Of a stretch of 41,411 nt of DNA, positions 8,421 to 17,128 are shown in pieces. The notes beneath the pieces are model-generated. The model was not told the DNA's origin. It was given only the letters and a program-made list of their open reading frames with translations, and searched no databases. Numbering within the stretch: position 1 is the stretch's first letter; each line of letters opens with the position of its first letter. The translations under genes and the position numbers were made by a program. Location of the stretch: positions 1 to 41,411 of the forward strand of contig JBGUYI010000052.1 of the NCBI GenBank assembly GCA_045118635.1, in the 5' to 3' direction. The stretch comes from Acetivibrionales bacterium (lineage in GTDB: Bacteria > Bacillota > Clostridia > Acetivibrionales > RGIG10202).

Positions 8421-8626
8421 TTTGTCTAAGTCAATACGAGTTTGCGAGTATTGCTGCGCCGGATTTGTGTACCCTACGGGTACAACTTACCATTCAAATC
8501 CGTGTGCATCCACGCGGAGCGTTATAATTCAGTCTGAGCTTGAACTCCCACTGAATTATAAATATGTATCTACCGCCTACGCTTTTTCAAGCTTAGAGGC
8601 GGGGGACATCTCTGTACTTACGTTAT
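8421..8626 (+). repeat. Structured GC-rich repeat element, copy A (ncRNA gene or non-autonomous mobile element)
   Basis: Helices are 8461-8467/8495-8501, 8469-8474/8478-8483, 8522-8533/8550-8561 (12 bp, perfect), and 8573-8578/8597-8602 extended by 8569-8571/8603-8605. By hand count, 8461-8520 is about 52% G+C. Positions 8543-8626 recur inverted at 41328-41411. Confidence 0.75.
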
Positions 8627-8696
8627 TATTGACGAAAAAAGTACCATAAAAAATAATTATCTAGTACATGTCATAATCACTAGGAGGCTGATACTG

Positions 8697-10361
8697 ATGT
8701 GGTCAAAAATATTTGCGTCAGATTCAAAACAGGAAATCTTAAGAAAATTGCATGAACTAATAAATGAAAATAGTGATAAGATAAACGAAAGAGACATATG
8801 TAATAACACAGCATTAATATATGCAGTTTTAAAAAATCATGAAGACATAGTAAAATTTTTGATTGAAAATGGAGCAAATCCCAATTTAAGAAATATTATT
8901 GGAAGAACAGCACTAATGTACGCAGTAATGAATGATAATTTAGATATAGTAAAATATTTAGTAGAGAACAATACAGATGTAAATTTATATGACAGATTTG
9001 GAGATACAGCATTGATATATGCTGTTGAGAATGGTGATTTTGAAATTATTAAATATTTAGTAGATAATAATGCAAATATAAATTGGGTTCCTAATGATGG
9101 ATATTCAGCATTGATATATGCAACAAAACGCAGGAATAAAGAGGTGTTAAAATATTTATTAGATAATAATGCAGATGTAGATATTACTGATATTTGTGGG
9201 GGAACAGCATTAATGCACGCACAAAATGAAGAAATTGCGGAGTGTTTATTATTATATGGAGCAAATATAGATGAAGTAGATAATGAAGGACGAACAGCAT
9301 TGATGTATATGTCACGGTATGGTTGTGAAAATATGGTAAAATATTTGTTAGACAAAGGGGCAAATATTGATGAGGTTGATGATGAGGGAAGAAATTCATT
9401 AATGCATGCAATTGAGTGTAGAAAGTTAGACATTTTAAAATATTTAATAAAAAGGGGAGCAAGGATTGATTTACGTGATAGATTTGGTAGGACATTGTTG
9501 ATAAGAGCAGCTAATAGTGTATATATTGATATTGTTAAATATTTATTGGAAATTGGTGTGCATGTTGATGATGTGGATAGAGAAGGACGAACAGCATTAA
9601 TGCATGTATCTAGACGTTTTGGGAATATAAAAATAGCCAGTATATTATTAGAATATGGAGCTAATATTGATGCAAAGGATAGAGAAGGACGAACGGCATT
9701 AATGTATGTGGCAGAAAGTTTGCACATAGAGATATTAAAGTGGTTAGTAGAAAATGGAGCAGATTTAAATCAAAAAGATAATAGAGGACGAACAGCATTA
9801 ATGCATGCAGTGCAAATGGGAAATATAAAAATGTTAAAATATCTATTAGACTATGGAACAGATATATATGCAAAGGATAAAGAAGGTCTGACAGTATTGG
9901 ATTATACAGATAATAAAGAGATATTTGAAATATTAAAAAATTGGAAAGATAGAATTGAGTTATTATACAAATCAAAAGATATAGTTGATGAGAATGGAAA
10001 AACAGAACTTATGAAACTGATAGAAAATAAAGAAAATGGTTTAGCCAAGAGTTTAATAAGAAGAGGAGCAAGCGTTAATAAAAGAGATAAAAATGGGAAA
10101 AGTGTTTTAATGTATATATTAGAAAATGGAGATGCATCTTTATTGGATTTTGCAAAAAGAACAAGAGCTTTAACAGTAGATAGCATTGTAAACACATTGC
10201 TTAGCTTAAAAAATTGTACCACTGAACAAGTTATGAATAGTTTAAATATAATAGATGTGAAGGATAAGGATAATAAAAAAGATATAGATGAATTTAAAAA
10301 GAGGAAAATAGATAAGATACCAGAGGAGCGTTGCAACTTAGAGATGCAAAAAACATTATAA
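8697..10361 (+). CDS. Ankyrin-repeat protein (about 13 repeats, no signal peptide)
   Basis: Repeated 33-aa units of the type GRTALMYAV..G..DIVKYLLE.GA.I/VD. GGAGG RBS at 8682. Confidence 0.9.
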   Translation: MWSKIFASDSKQEILRKLHELINENSDKINERDICNNTALIYAVLKNHEDIVKFLIENGANPNLRNIIGRTALMYAVMNDNLDIVKYLVENNTDVNLYDRFGDTALIYAVENGDFEIIKYLVDNNANINWVPNDGYSALIYATKRRNKEVLKYLLDNNADVDITDICGGTALMHAQNEEIAECLLLYGANIDEVDNEGRTALMYMSRYGCENMVKYLLDKGANIDEVDDEGRNSLMHAIECRKLDILKYLIKRGARIDLRDRFGRTLLIRAANSVYIDIVKYLLEIGVHVDDVDREGRTALMHVSRRFGNIKIASILLEYGANIDAKDREGRTALMYVAESLHIEILKWLVENGADLNQKDNRGRTALMHAVQMGNIKMLKYLLDYGTDIYAKDKEGLTVLDYTDNKEIFEILKNWKDRIELLYKSKDIVDENGKTELMKLIENKENGLAKSLIRRGASVNKRDKNGKSVLMYILENGDASLLDFAKRTRALTVDSIVNTLLSLKNCTTEQVMNSLNIIDVKDKDNKKDIDEFKKRKIDKIPEERCNLEMQKTL

Positions 10362-10389
10362 AAAAATATAGCTAAAATGGGAAAGAACT
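10053..10389 (+). repeat. About 335-bp direct repeat: 3' end of ankyrin gene 1 plus downstream flank
   Basis: About 95% identical to 11867-12209 (roughly 16 mismatches in 320 nt by hand). The identity extends about 30 nt past the stop codon. Confidence 0.85.
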
Positions 10390-10428
10390 AATGCGTAGAA
10401 AAATAATACATAAAATGGATATTTTTAG

Positions 10429-10457
10429 TTGACATGTTTAGAAAAACGTTATAGAAT
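10429..10457 (+). promoter_or_regulatory. Sigma-A type promoter of ankyrin gene 2
   Basis: TTGACA (10429-10434), 17-nt spacer, TAGAAT (10452-10457). Confidence 0.6.
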
Positions 10458-10492
10458 AACTGCAAATAGTAGTTATGTTGGGAGGAATTATA

Positions 10493-12175
10493 ATGATTTG
10501 GAAAAACATGTTTAATGAAAACGACTCAGAGAAAGATATTTTAAAAAGGCTGAAAAAATTAATTGATGAAGATGGCGTGAGTGTCAACCAACTTGATGAA
10601 AAAAGTGATACAGCATTAATGTATGTAGTTGAAAAAGCTTATAAAAAAATAGTAGAATACCTGATAGAACGTGAAGCAAATGTGAATTTACGAGGATGGA
10701 TGGGGAAAACTGCGTTAATATATGCAATAATGAATAATGACTTAAATATGGTAATATACCTTAAAGAGAATGGTGCAGATATAAATTTACAGGATAATTA
10801 CGGAACTACGCCATTAATATATGCAGTTAATCAAAATAATTTTGATATAGTGAAATATTTGGTAGAAAACGGAGCAGACATAAATAAGATTCCAACAAAT
10901 AGAGATACAGCATTTATAGAGTCAGTTAGAAAAGGAAATGTATCTATGGCAGAGTATTTGCTAGAAAACGGAGCAGAAAAAGACGTAAAAGGTTTATTAG
11001 GGGAAACAGCATTAATGTACGCAAATACTATAGAAATGGTTAGATTTTTATTAGAAAATGGTTTGGATATAAATGAAAGAGATAATAACGGAAAAACAGT
11101 TTTTATGCATGCGATTTCAAGAAGTCCCATAAATGTAGCGGAAGAATTATTAGACCGAGGAGCAAAAATAAATGATGTAGATAATTCAAAGAAGACTGCA
11201 TTAATGTACGCAGCGAATGGTCCACAAACAGAAAGAGTGAGTTTTTTAATAGAAAGAGGAGCAAAATTGGAGGAGACTGATGAGTTTGGGAGAACTGCTC
11301 TAATGTATGCAGTTTTTGGTATGTGGGAAGAGAATGTACGTTGTTTACTAAAAAATGGAGCAAATATTAACTCAAAAGATAGCTTTTACGGTAGAACACC
11401 TATGATAAAAATGGCAACTATCTATTGGCATGAGAATATAGGTAACTTATTATTAGAATATGGGGCGGACATAAATGAACAAGATAATGATGGTAAAACA
11501 GTATTAATGTATTTAGTTGAAATTAATAAAAGAATAAGAACTGAAGTCCTTGGAAGATTATTAAAAAGAGTAGTAGATTTAGAGGTAAAAGATAAGTATG
11601 ATAGAACAGTATTAATGTATGCAGTTGCTAATGAAAGAATTAATAAAGAAGTTATAAAGTTATTATTAGATTGTGGAGCAAATGTAAATGCGAAAGATGA
11701 CCATGATAGAACAGTATTAATGCATGCAGTTGGTAATAAAAAAATTAATAAAGAAGTTATAAACTTATTATTAGATTGTGGAGCAAATGTAAATGCGAAA
11801 GATTACCGTGATAGAACAGCACTTATGAAAGTGATAAAAAGTAAAAAAAATGAAATAGCAAAGCTCTTAATAACAAGAGGAGCAAGTGTAAATAAAAAAG
11901 ATAAGAATGGGAAAAGTGTTTTAATGTATATATTAGAAAATGGAGATGAATCATTATTGGATTTTGCAAAAAGAACAAGAGCTTTAACAGTAGATAGCGT
12001 TTTAAACACATTGCTTGGTTCAAAAAATTGTACCACTAAACAAGTTATGAATAGTTTAAATATAATAGATGTGAAGGATAAGGATAATAAAAAATATATA
12101 GATGAATTTAAAAAGAAGAAAATAGATAAGATACCAGAGGAGCGTTGTAACTTAGAGATGCAAAAAACATTATAA
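10493..12175 (+). CDS. Ankyrin-repeat protein, paralog of 8697..10361
   Basis: It has the same 33-aa repeat architecture. The ATG at 10493 (MIWKNMF) is preceded by GGGAGGA and parallels the MWSKIF start of gene 1. The ORF is open from 10475. Confidence 0.9.
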   Translation: MIWKNMFNENDSEKDILKRLKKLIDEDGVSVNQLDEKSDTALMYVVEKAYKKIVEYLIEREANVNLRGWMGKTALIYAIMNNDLNMVIYLKENGADINLQDNYGTTPLIYAVNQNNFDIVKYLVENGADINKIPTNRDTAFIESVRKGNVSMAEYLLENGAEKDVKGLLGETALMYANTIEMVRFLLENGLDINERDNNGKTVFMHAISRSPINVAEELLDRGAKINDVDNSKKTALMYAANGPQTERVSFLIERGAKLEETDEFGRTALMYAVFGMWEENVRCLLKNGANINSKDSFYGRTPMIKMATIYWHENIGNLLLEYGADINEQDNDGKTVLMYLVEINKRIRTEVLGRLLKRVVDLEVKDKYDRTVLMYAVANERINKEVIKLLLDCGANVNAKDDHDRTVLMHAVGNKKINKEVINLLLDCGANVNAKDYRDRTALMKVIKSKKNEIAKLLITRGASVNKKDKNGKSVLMYILENGDESLLDFAKRTRALTVDSVLNTLLGSKNCTTKQVMNSLNIIDVKDKDNKKYIDEFKKKKIDKIPEERCNLEMQKTL

Positions 12176-12209
12176 AAAAATATAGTTAAAATAAAAATAG
12201 GAAAGAACT
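11867..12209 (+). repeat. About 335-bp direct repeat: 3' end of ankyrin gene 2 plus downstream flank
   Basis: Partner of 10053-10389. Confidence 0.85.
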
Positions 12210-12240
12210 TTATTCTACATTTAGAGTAAAGTTCTTTGTT
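12202..12240 (+). terminator. Rho-independent terminator after ankyrin gene 2
   Basis: An 11-bp stem: AAAGAACTTTA (12202-12212) pairs with TAAAGTTCTTT (12227-12237). T-rich sequence follows. Confidence 0.6.
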
Positions 12241-12358
12241 AATTATAAGTAATAGAAGTATGTGTCAAGTAAATTAGGATAATATTTTTGCATTAGGGGG
12301 CTGCATTTACTTTGAATATTAAAGGTCACAATTTAGTGTAAAATTTACAATAAACATG

Positions 12359-12387
12359 TTGACACTTTGTTTGCAAAAGATTATACT
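12359..12387 (+). promoter_or_regulatory. Sigma-A type promoter of ankyrin gene 3
   Basis: TTGACA (12359-12364), 17-nt spacer, TATACT (12382-12387). Confidence 0.7.
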
Positions 12388-12424
12388 GAAACCGTAATTT
12401 TTTTTAGAAAGTAGGTTGGTTTTT

Positions 12425-13375
12425 ATGAAGAAAGGATTTTTGAAGGCTTTATGTTTGGCAGGAGTATTAGCTTTTACAATACCAGTAGTAGGTTATTGTG
12501 ATAATGTAAGTTATGAGAAAGAAAGTGTAGTTTTAGATGATGAACAAAGACACAAGGAGATTTTTTGGACACTATCAGGAAACGACGTGGAAGAAGTAAA
12601 AGCTCTGATAGAAAATGGAGTAGATGTGAATGTTAGAGATGAGTATAATTTTACCCCATTGCATTATGTGGATAATGTAGAAGTAGCAAGAATACTAATA
12701 GAAAATGGAGCTGATGTGAATGCGCAGGATGATTTAGCAGGATCTACTCCATTACATTGGGCGGCAAATGTGGAGATAGCAAAATTATTGATAGCGAATG
12801 GAGCCGATGTGAATGCTAAAGATGGTTGGGGATATACTCCATTACATTGGGTGGCAAATGTAGACATAGCAAAATTATTGATAGAAAATGGAGCCGATGT
12901 GAATGCTAAAGCTGGTGATGTAGATACTCCATTACATTGGGTGGCAAATGTAGACATAGCAAAATTATTGATAGAAAATGGAGCCGATGTAAATGCTAAA
13001 GGTTTTGTGGGAAAAACTCCATTGCATTGTACGGAGGATGTAGAGATAGCAAAAGTATTAATAGAAAATGGAGCCGATGTAAATGCTAAAGATAATTGTG
13101 AATGTACACCATTACATTGTGCAGAAAATGCAGAAGTAGCAAGAGTATTAATAGAAAATGGAGCTGATATTAATGCTAAAAACAATCGTGGAGAAACTCC
13201 ATTGGATTATATGGAGGATACAAAGGATGCATTGAATTATGAAAGGAAGACAGAGATTATAAAAGTATTGGTAGAGTATGGGGCTGGCGAAATAAGTATT
13301 GAACAATTTACAAAAGACGAACAACTTTTTAATGCCGTAGAAAGTAATGATTTAGGAAAAGTAAAGGGGCAATAA
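12425..13375 (+). CDS. Secreted or membrane-anchored ankyrin-like repeat protein (30-aa repeats), interrupted at its 3' end
   Basis: Signal-peptide-like N-terminus MKKGFLKALCLAGVLAFTIPVVGYC. Tandem units are of the type TPLHW.ANV.IAKLLIENGADVNAK. The stop at 13373 lies inside a repeat unit. Confidence 0.8.
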   Translation: MKKGFLKALCLAGVLAFTIPVVGYCDNVSYEKESVVLDDEQRHKEIFWTLSGNDVEEVKALIENGVDVNVRDEYNFTPLHYVDNVEVARILIENGADVNAQDDLAGSTPLHWAANVEIAKLLIANGADVNAKDGWGYTPLHWVANVDIAKLLIENGADVNAKAGDVDTPLHWVANVDIAKLLIENGADVNAKGFVGKTPLHCTEDVEIAKVLIENGADVNAKDNCECTPLHCAENAEVARVLIENGADINAKNNRGETPLDYMEDTKDALNYERKTEIIKVLVEYGAGEISIEQFTKDEQLFNAVESNDLGKVKGQ

Positions 13376-13584
13376 AAGATGGAGCTAATGTTAATGCTAG
13401 AGACATTTGGCAAAGAACTCCATTGTATTATGTGAATAGTGTAGAAATAGCAAAAGTGTTAGTAGAAAATGGGGCCGATGTTAATGCTAGAGATTATATT
13501 AAGATATCCCCATTGCATTATGTGGAAAATGCAGAAGTAGCAAGAGTATTAATAGAAAATGGTGCCATTAGTTATAAGGTATAG
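13369..13584 (+). pseudogene. -1-frame continuation of ankyrin gene 3 (two more repeats)
   Basis: The -1 frame reads AIKDGANVNARDIWQRTPLYYVNSVEIAKVLVENGADVNARDYIKISPLHYVENAEVARVLIENGAISYKV, ending with a stop at 13582-13584. The frames join at the heptamer A_AAG_GGG (13363-13369). Confidence 0.7.
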
Positions 13585-13611
13585 TTAGTAAATTGGCATA
13601 GATGGGAGGAA

Positions 13612-14334
13612 TTAAAGATTTCCCAGATAATCTTTAATTCCTTCACTTATTGCATGAGCTAATTTATTCTGATATTCATCAGAAGCTAGTTTTTTTTCTT
13701 CTTCTTCATTTGATAAGAACCCACATTCGACAATGACTGTTGGATTTTTTGCATTTTTTAGAATTATGATTGGTTCTTTTTTTAGTAAGGCTTCACGAGT
13801 ATTATTTTTATCTACAATTTCACGTAACTTTTTTTGTATCTTATTAGCCAAATCTTTACTTTCATTAGAGTTGGCAGCAAAAAAAGTTTGTGCACCAAAA
13901 TATTGTGTTTGAGGGAATTTATTAAGATGAATACTAACAGTTATTCCATTATTATTTTCATCCATCATTTTTTTTCGTCGAAGTAAATCTTGACGTCTTT
14001 TTTGTACAATGTTTGTTGTATCTTCAGTATATTCAAGTTTATCCTCACTACGAGTCATTTTGACTGGTATGTTGTCATTAGCTAAAATTGTCTCAATTTT
14101 TTTAGCAATATTTAGGTTTATATCTTTTTCTTTTATTCCACTATAATCACTAACGGCACCAGGATCTTCACCACCATGCCCAGCGTCTAATAATACATCA
14201 GTCCGCTTTATTGTGGTATTTTGATTTAGTGTTTCATGTGTTTTTTCGATAAAGCTAACTCCACAAGTTATTATTGTTACCAAAAAAGCTAGAGATATAA
14301 AAGTTAATTTTTTTCTACTAATTAAAATAACCAT
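13612..14334 (-). CDS. cwlD: N-acetylmuramoyl-L-alanine amidase, CwlD-type (germination-specific)
   Basis: An N-terminal TM helix is followed by Amidase_3 motifs LDAGHGGEDPGA and VIVECGFLSN. At about 240 aa its size is typical of CwlD. Confidence 0.8.
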   Translation of the reverse strand: MVILISRKKLTFISLAFLVTIITCGVSFIEKTHETLNQNTTIKRTDVLLDAGHGGEDPGAVSDYSGIKEKDINLNIAKKIETILANDNIPVKMTRSEDKLEYTEDTTNIVQKRRQDLLRRKKMMDENNNGITVSIHLNKFPQTQYFGAQTFFAANSNESKDLANKIQKKLREIVDKNNTREALLKKEPIIILKNAKNPTVIVECGFLSNEEEEKKLASDEYQNKLAHAISEGIKDYLGNL

Positions 14335-14407
14335 AAAAAATCCTTAAAATTTGGAAATATCTTATAAAAGAATATTCAAAATAAAGATTTTTTATGATTC
14401 TTTTTGG

Positions 14408-15112
14408 TTAAAGATTTTGTTTTATTTCATTATAGGCTTGTTGTAATAAAACCTTATAATCAGAATCAGAAGATACAGATATTTTTGGTAATACCTTTAA
14501 TGTAACATTGCCAGGTTTTATTAAATTGTGATTAGCTTCAAAAATTTCACGAGATCCATTTAATGCTATAGGTACAATAGATACATTTTTTGAAACAGCT
14601 AATCTAAAAGCTCCTGATCTAAATTTCACCAAATTGGTCGTTTTACTTCGAGTCCCCTCTGGAAAGATAATCATAGAATATCCATTATCTAAATTATCAC
14701 CAACAAAAGATAAAGACTTTATTGCATCCTTTGTATTGTTTCTGTCAATGAATACACAATTCAATTCTTCCATCCATTTATTAATAAATGGTATTTTCTT
14801 TACACTATCTTTTGACAATAATCCATAAGGTTTATCAAGGCTTGCTAATAATATTGGTATATCAAAAAAACTTTGATGATTGCAAACAAATATAACTGTT
14901 TCATCTGGTATATTTGAAAGACCAGAGACAGATACATTAACACCAGAAATTTTTAGTACATATTTTGCCCATTCTTTAACGTACTTTGAAACTAATTTAT
15001 CATGTTCACTAATATTATTTTTCAATTTTTGTACCTTTTTAAGATTTCCATTTAGCCTAAATAAATAGAAAAATAATCTCACAAAACAAATAGCAGTCCT
15101 AAACACTATCAT
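14408..15112 (-). CDS. plsC: 1-acyl-sn-glycerol-3-phosphate acyltransferase
   Basis: HX4D motif NHQSFFD and the FPEGTRS motif. Confidence 0.85.
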   Translation of the reverse strand: MIVFRTAICFVRLFFYLFRLNGNLKKVQKLKNNISEHDKLVSKYVKEWAKYVLKISGVNVSVSGLSNIPDETVIFVCNHQSFFDIPILLASLDKPYGLLSKDSVKKIPFINKWMEELNCVFIDRNNTKDAIKSLSFVGDNLDNGYSMIIFPEGTRSKTTNLVKFRSGAFRLAVSKNVSIVPIALNGSREIFEANHNLIKPGNVTLKVLPKISVSSDSDYKVLLQQAYNEIKQNL

Positions 15113-15131
15113 ATCCCCCTAAATTAACAAA

Positions 15132-16376
15132 TTACTTGATATTGACATCATTATACACCAAATTAAAGTTTTCTTCATCAATATTTTTGGCATTTGTATA
15201 TGATGCCGAATTTTGAGGAAGATTTTTCTTTTTAAGTATGTTTTCAATAGTGTTTTTAAGGATGTAATAAACAACGGCAAATAAAGGTACGCCAATAATC
15301 ATACCAACAAATCCCCATAATCCTCCCGCTAGTAAAAGAGCAAAAGTTACCCAAAACTCTGATATATTTGTGGTGTTTTTTAGAATTTTAGGTCCTATAA
15401 TATTTCCATCAATTTGTTGTAGTATGAATATGAATATCAAAAAATATAAACTTTTTTTTGGTGATGCCAAAAATACCAATATACTTGTAGGTATAGCACC
15501 TATAAAAGGACCAAAATAAGGTATAATGTTTGTAACACCTATGATTACACTTATCAATAATACATAAGGCATTTCCATAATAATAAGTATAGGATAGCAT
15601 AATAATCCTACAATCAAAGAATCTATAAGCTTACCTACTAAAAATTTACTAAAAATTTTGTGACCGTATCTAGTTGTATCTATTATTGCGTTAGCTCTTT
15701 TTACGCTAAATATTGCATATAACATTTTTTTAATTTGACCAATGAATTTTTCTTTTTCCATAAACGCATATATAGCTACTATCATTCCTATAACAATATC
15801 AAAGGTAAATTCAGCAATACTTATGATACTTTTAGTTATATATGATAATATATCATTTGATTTTTGAAGCATATTATTACTTACCCAATCATCAAAAGAT
15901 GTTGTCAATTTATTAAGAAGCTGAGAAAAAGTTGCTTGCCACTTTTTGTTAGTGTTTAGCTTGTTATTTAGCAATTCTACGTACTGTTTCAATTGAGGAG
16001 GTAGTTTTGGTAGCAAATCAACAATAGTATTATAAATGTTAGGGAAAATTACAAAACATATTACAAGGACTATTATTATACCAATTACAGAAGTAAAAAT
16101 TATACTAATAATCTTAGAAACCTTTTTTTTATCAAACTTAAATTTAGTTTTGTTAAGATATTTTAATATAAAACATCTAGATTTCATCATTATAGGATTA
16201 AATAAATAAGCTATTACAATTCCATAAATGACGGCACGAACACTTTTTAATATTTTAAATATTTTATTTAACACAATATCAAATCGAAATAACAAAAAAA
16301 ACCAGGCGATACTAAACATTACAACTAAAGATAACATTAAAACTTTTTTAAAAAAATCAATTTTTTTTTCTTTCAT
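15132..16376 (-). CDS. AI-2E family transporter (PerM/YtvI-like permease)
   Basis: A membrane protein of about 8 TM helices. Its conserved C-terminal pattern IIPYFGPFIGAIP...QQIDGNIIGPKIL is typical of the AI-2E/UPF0118 family. Confidence 0.75.
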   Translation of the reverse strand: MKEKKIDFFKKVLMLSLVVMFSIAWFFLLFRFDIVLNKIFKILKSVRAVIYGIVIAYLFNPIMMKSRCFILKYLNKTKFKFDKKKVSKIISIIFTSVIGIIIVLVICFVIFPNIYNTIVDLLPKLPPQLKQYVELLNNKLNTNKKWQATFSQLLNKLTTSFDDWVSNNMLQKSNDILSYITKSIISIAEFTFDIVIGMIVAIYAFMEKEKFIGQIKKMLYAIFSVKRANAIIDTTRYGHKIFSKFLVGKLIDSLIVGLLCYPILIIMEMPYVLLISVIIGVTNIIPYFGPFIGAIPTSILVFLASPKKSLYFLIFIFILQQIDGNIIGPKILKNTTNISEFWVTFALLLAGGLWGFVGMIIGVPLFAVVYYILKNTIENILKKKNLPQNSASYTNAKNIDEENFNLVYNDVNIK

Positions 16377-16498
16377 AATGTTAAGCCATCTAAAAGAAGA
16401 TGACAGCCTCCTTTTTTAAAAAGTTTGTACAATTAATTATACCATTTAATTTGAATATGTTACAATAGTATAAAAAAATGTTAGGCAGGTAAAGTATA

Positions 16499-17128
16499 GT
16501 GAGGTTTGAATATTTAGTTTATATAGTTTTAGCAGTTGGATTATATAGATTTTTTAATCCATTTATGAAAGGAATTCTTGGTGAATTAAAAGTTAGATTG
16601 AAATTATTAATGCTACCATCTGATAAATATAAAGTTTTAAATGATATATTATTAACAACAAAAAGAGGTACAACTCAGATAGATCATATAGTAGTATCAA
16701 TATATGGAATTTTTGTTATTGAGACAAAAAATTATAAAGGAAAGATAATTGGAACAGCGAACAAATTAGAATGGATAAAAGAAATACACGGTAACAAATA
16801 TTATTTTAGAAATCCAATAATACAAAATAAAGGTCATATTAGAGCATTAGCTAACAGTTTAAAAATTGACGAAAAATTGATGATACCTATAGTAGTATTT
16901 TTAGGTAATTGTAGGTTAGATATAAAAACAAAGAGTCAAGTTTTATATGCGAGTAAGTTATTACAAACAATAAAGAGTAGAAAAAAGATACTACTTAATA
17001 AAAAGCAAGTAGAGGATATTACAAATATAATAAAAGCATTGAATAAGAAGGGAGCATTTGCAAAATTAAAACACATTATGTATGTGAAAAAAAGAGAGAG
17101 AAGTAATAAGAGAACTAATTTGCGATAG
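16499..17128 (+). CDS. NERD (nuclease-related) domain protein with N-terminal TM helix
   Basis: GELKV..L...L...Y.VLNDILL.....TTQIDHIVVS.YGIFVIETKNYKG matches the NERD-domain core. The start is GTG. Confidence 0.7.
   Translation: MRFEYLVYIVLAVGLYRFFNPFMKGILGELKVRLKLLMLPSDKYKVLNDILLTTKRGTTQIDHIVVSIYGIFVIETKNYKGKIIGTANKLEWIKEIHGNKYYFRNPIIQNKGHIRALANSLKIDEKLMIPIVVFLGNCRLDIKTKSQVLYASKLLQTIKSRKKILLNKKQVEDITNIIKALNKKGAFAKLKHIMYVKKRERSNKRTNLR

Noticed and set aside
8422-8649. A 75-aa ORF covering repeat element copy A.
   Set aside because: It has no RBS and an atypical Cys/Tyr/Ser/Thr-rich composition for this genome. The region is better explained by strong base-paired helices, and a second inverted copy shows structure-preserving changes.
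8629-8657. TTGACG at 8629 considered as the -35 of an ankyrin gene 1 promoter.
   Set aside because: At 16-18 nt spacing only weak -10 candidates exist (AATAAT/TAATTA), so there is not enough support to list it as a feature.
8837-9727. A long antisense ORF (296 aa) inside ankyrin gene 1. Similar antisense ORFs lie at 9902..10336, 10831..11130, 11803..12036 and 12664..13185.
   Set aside because: They lie entirely within, and antisense to, well-supported ankyrin genes. Their products are repetitive low-complexity mirror images (NAVRPSLS...) of the sense repeats, and they have no RBS. The ankyrin repeat codons simply lack stops on the opposite strand.
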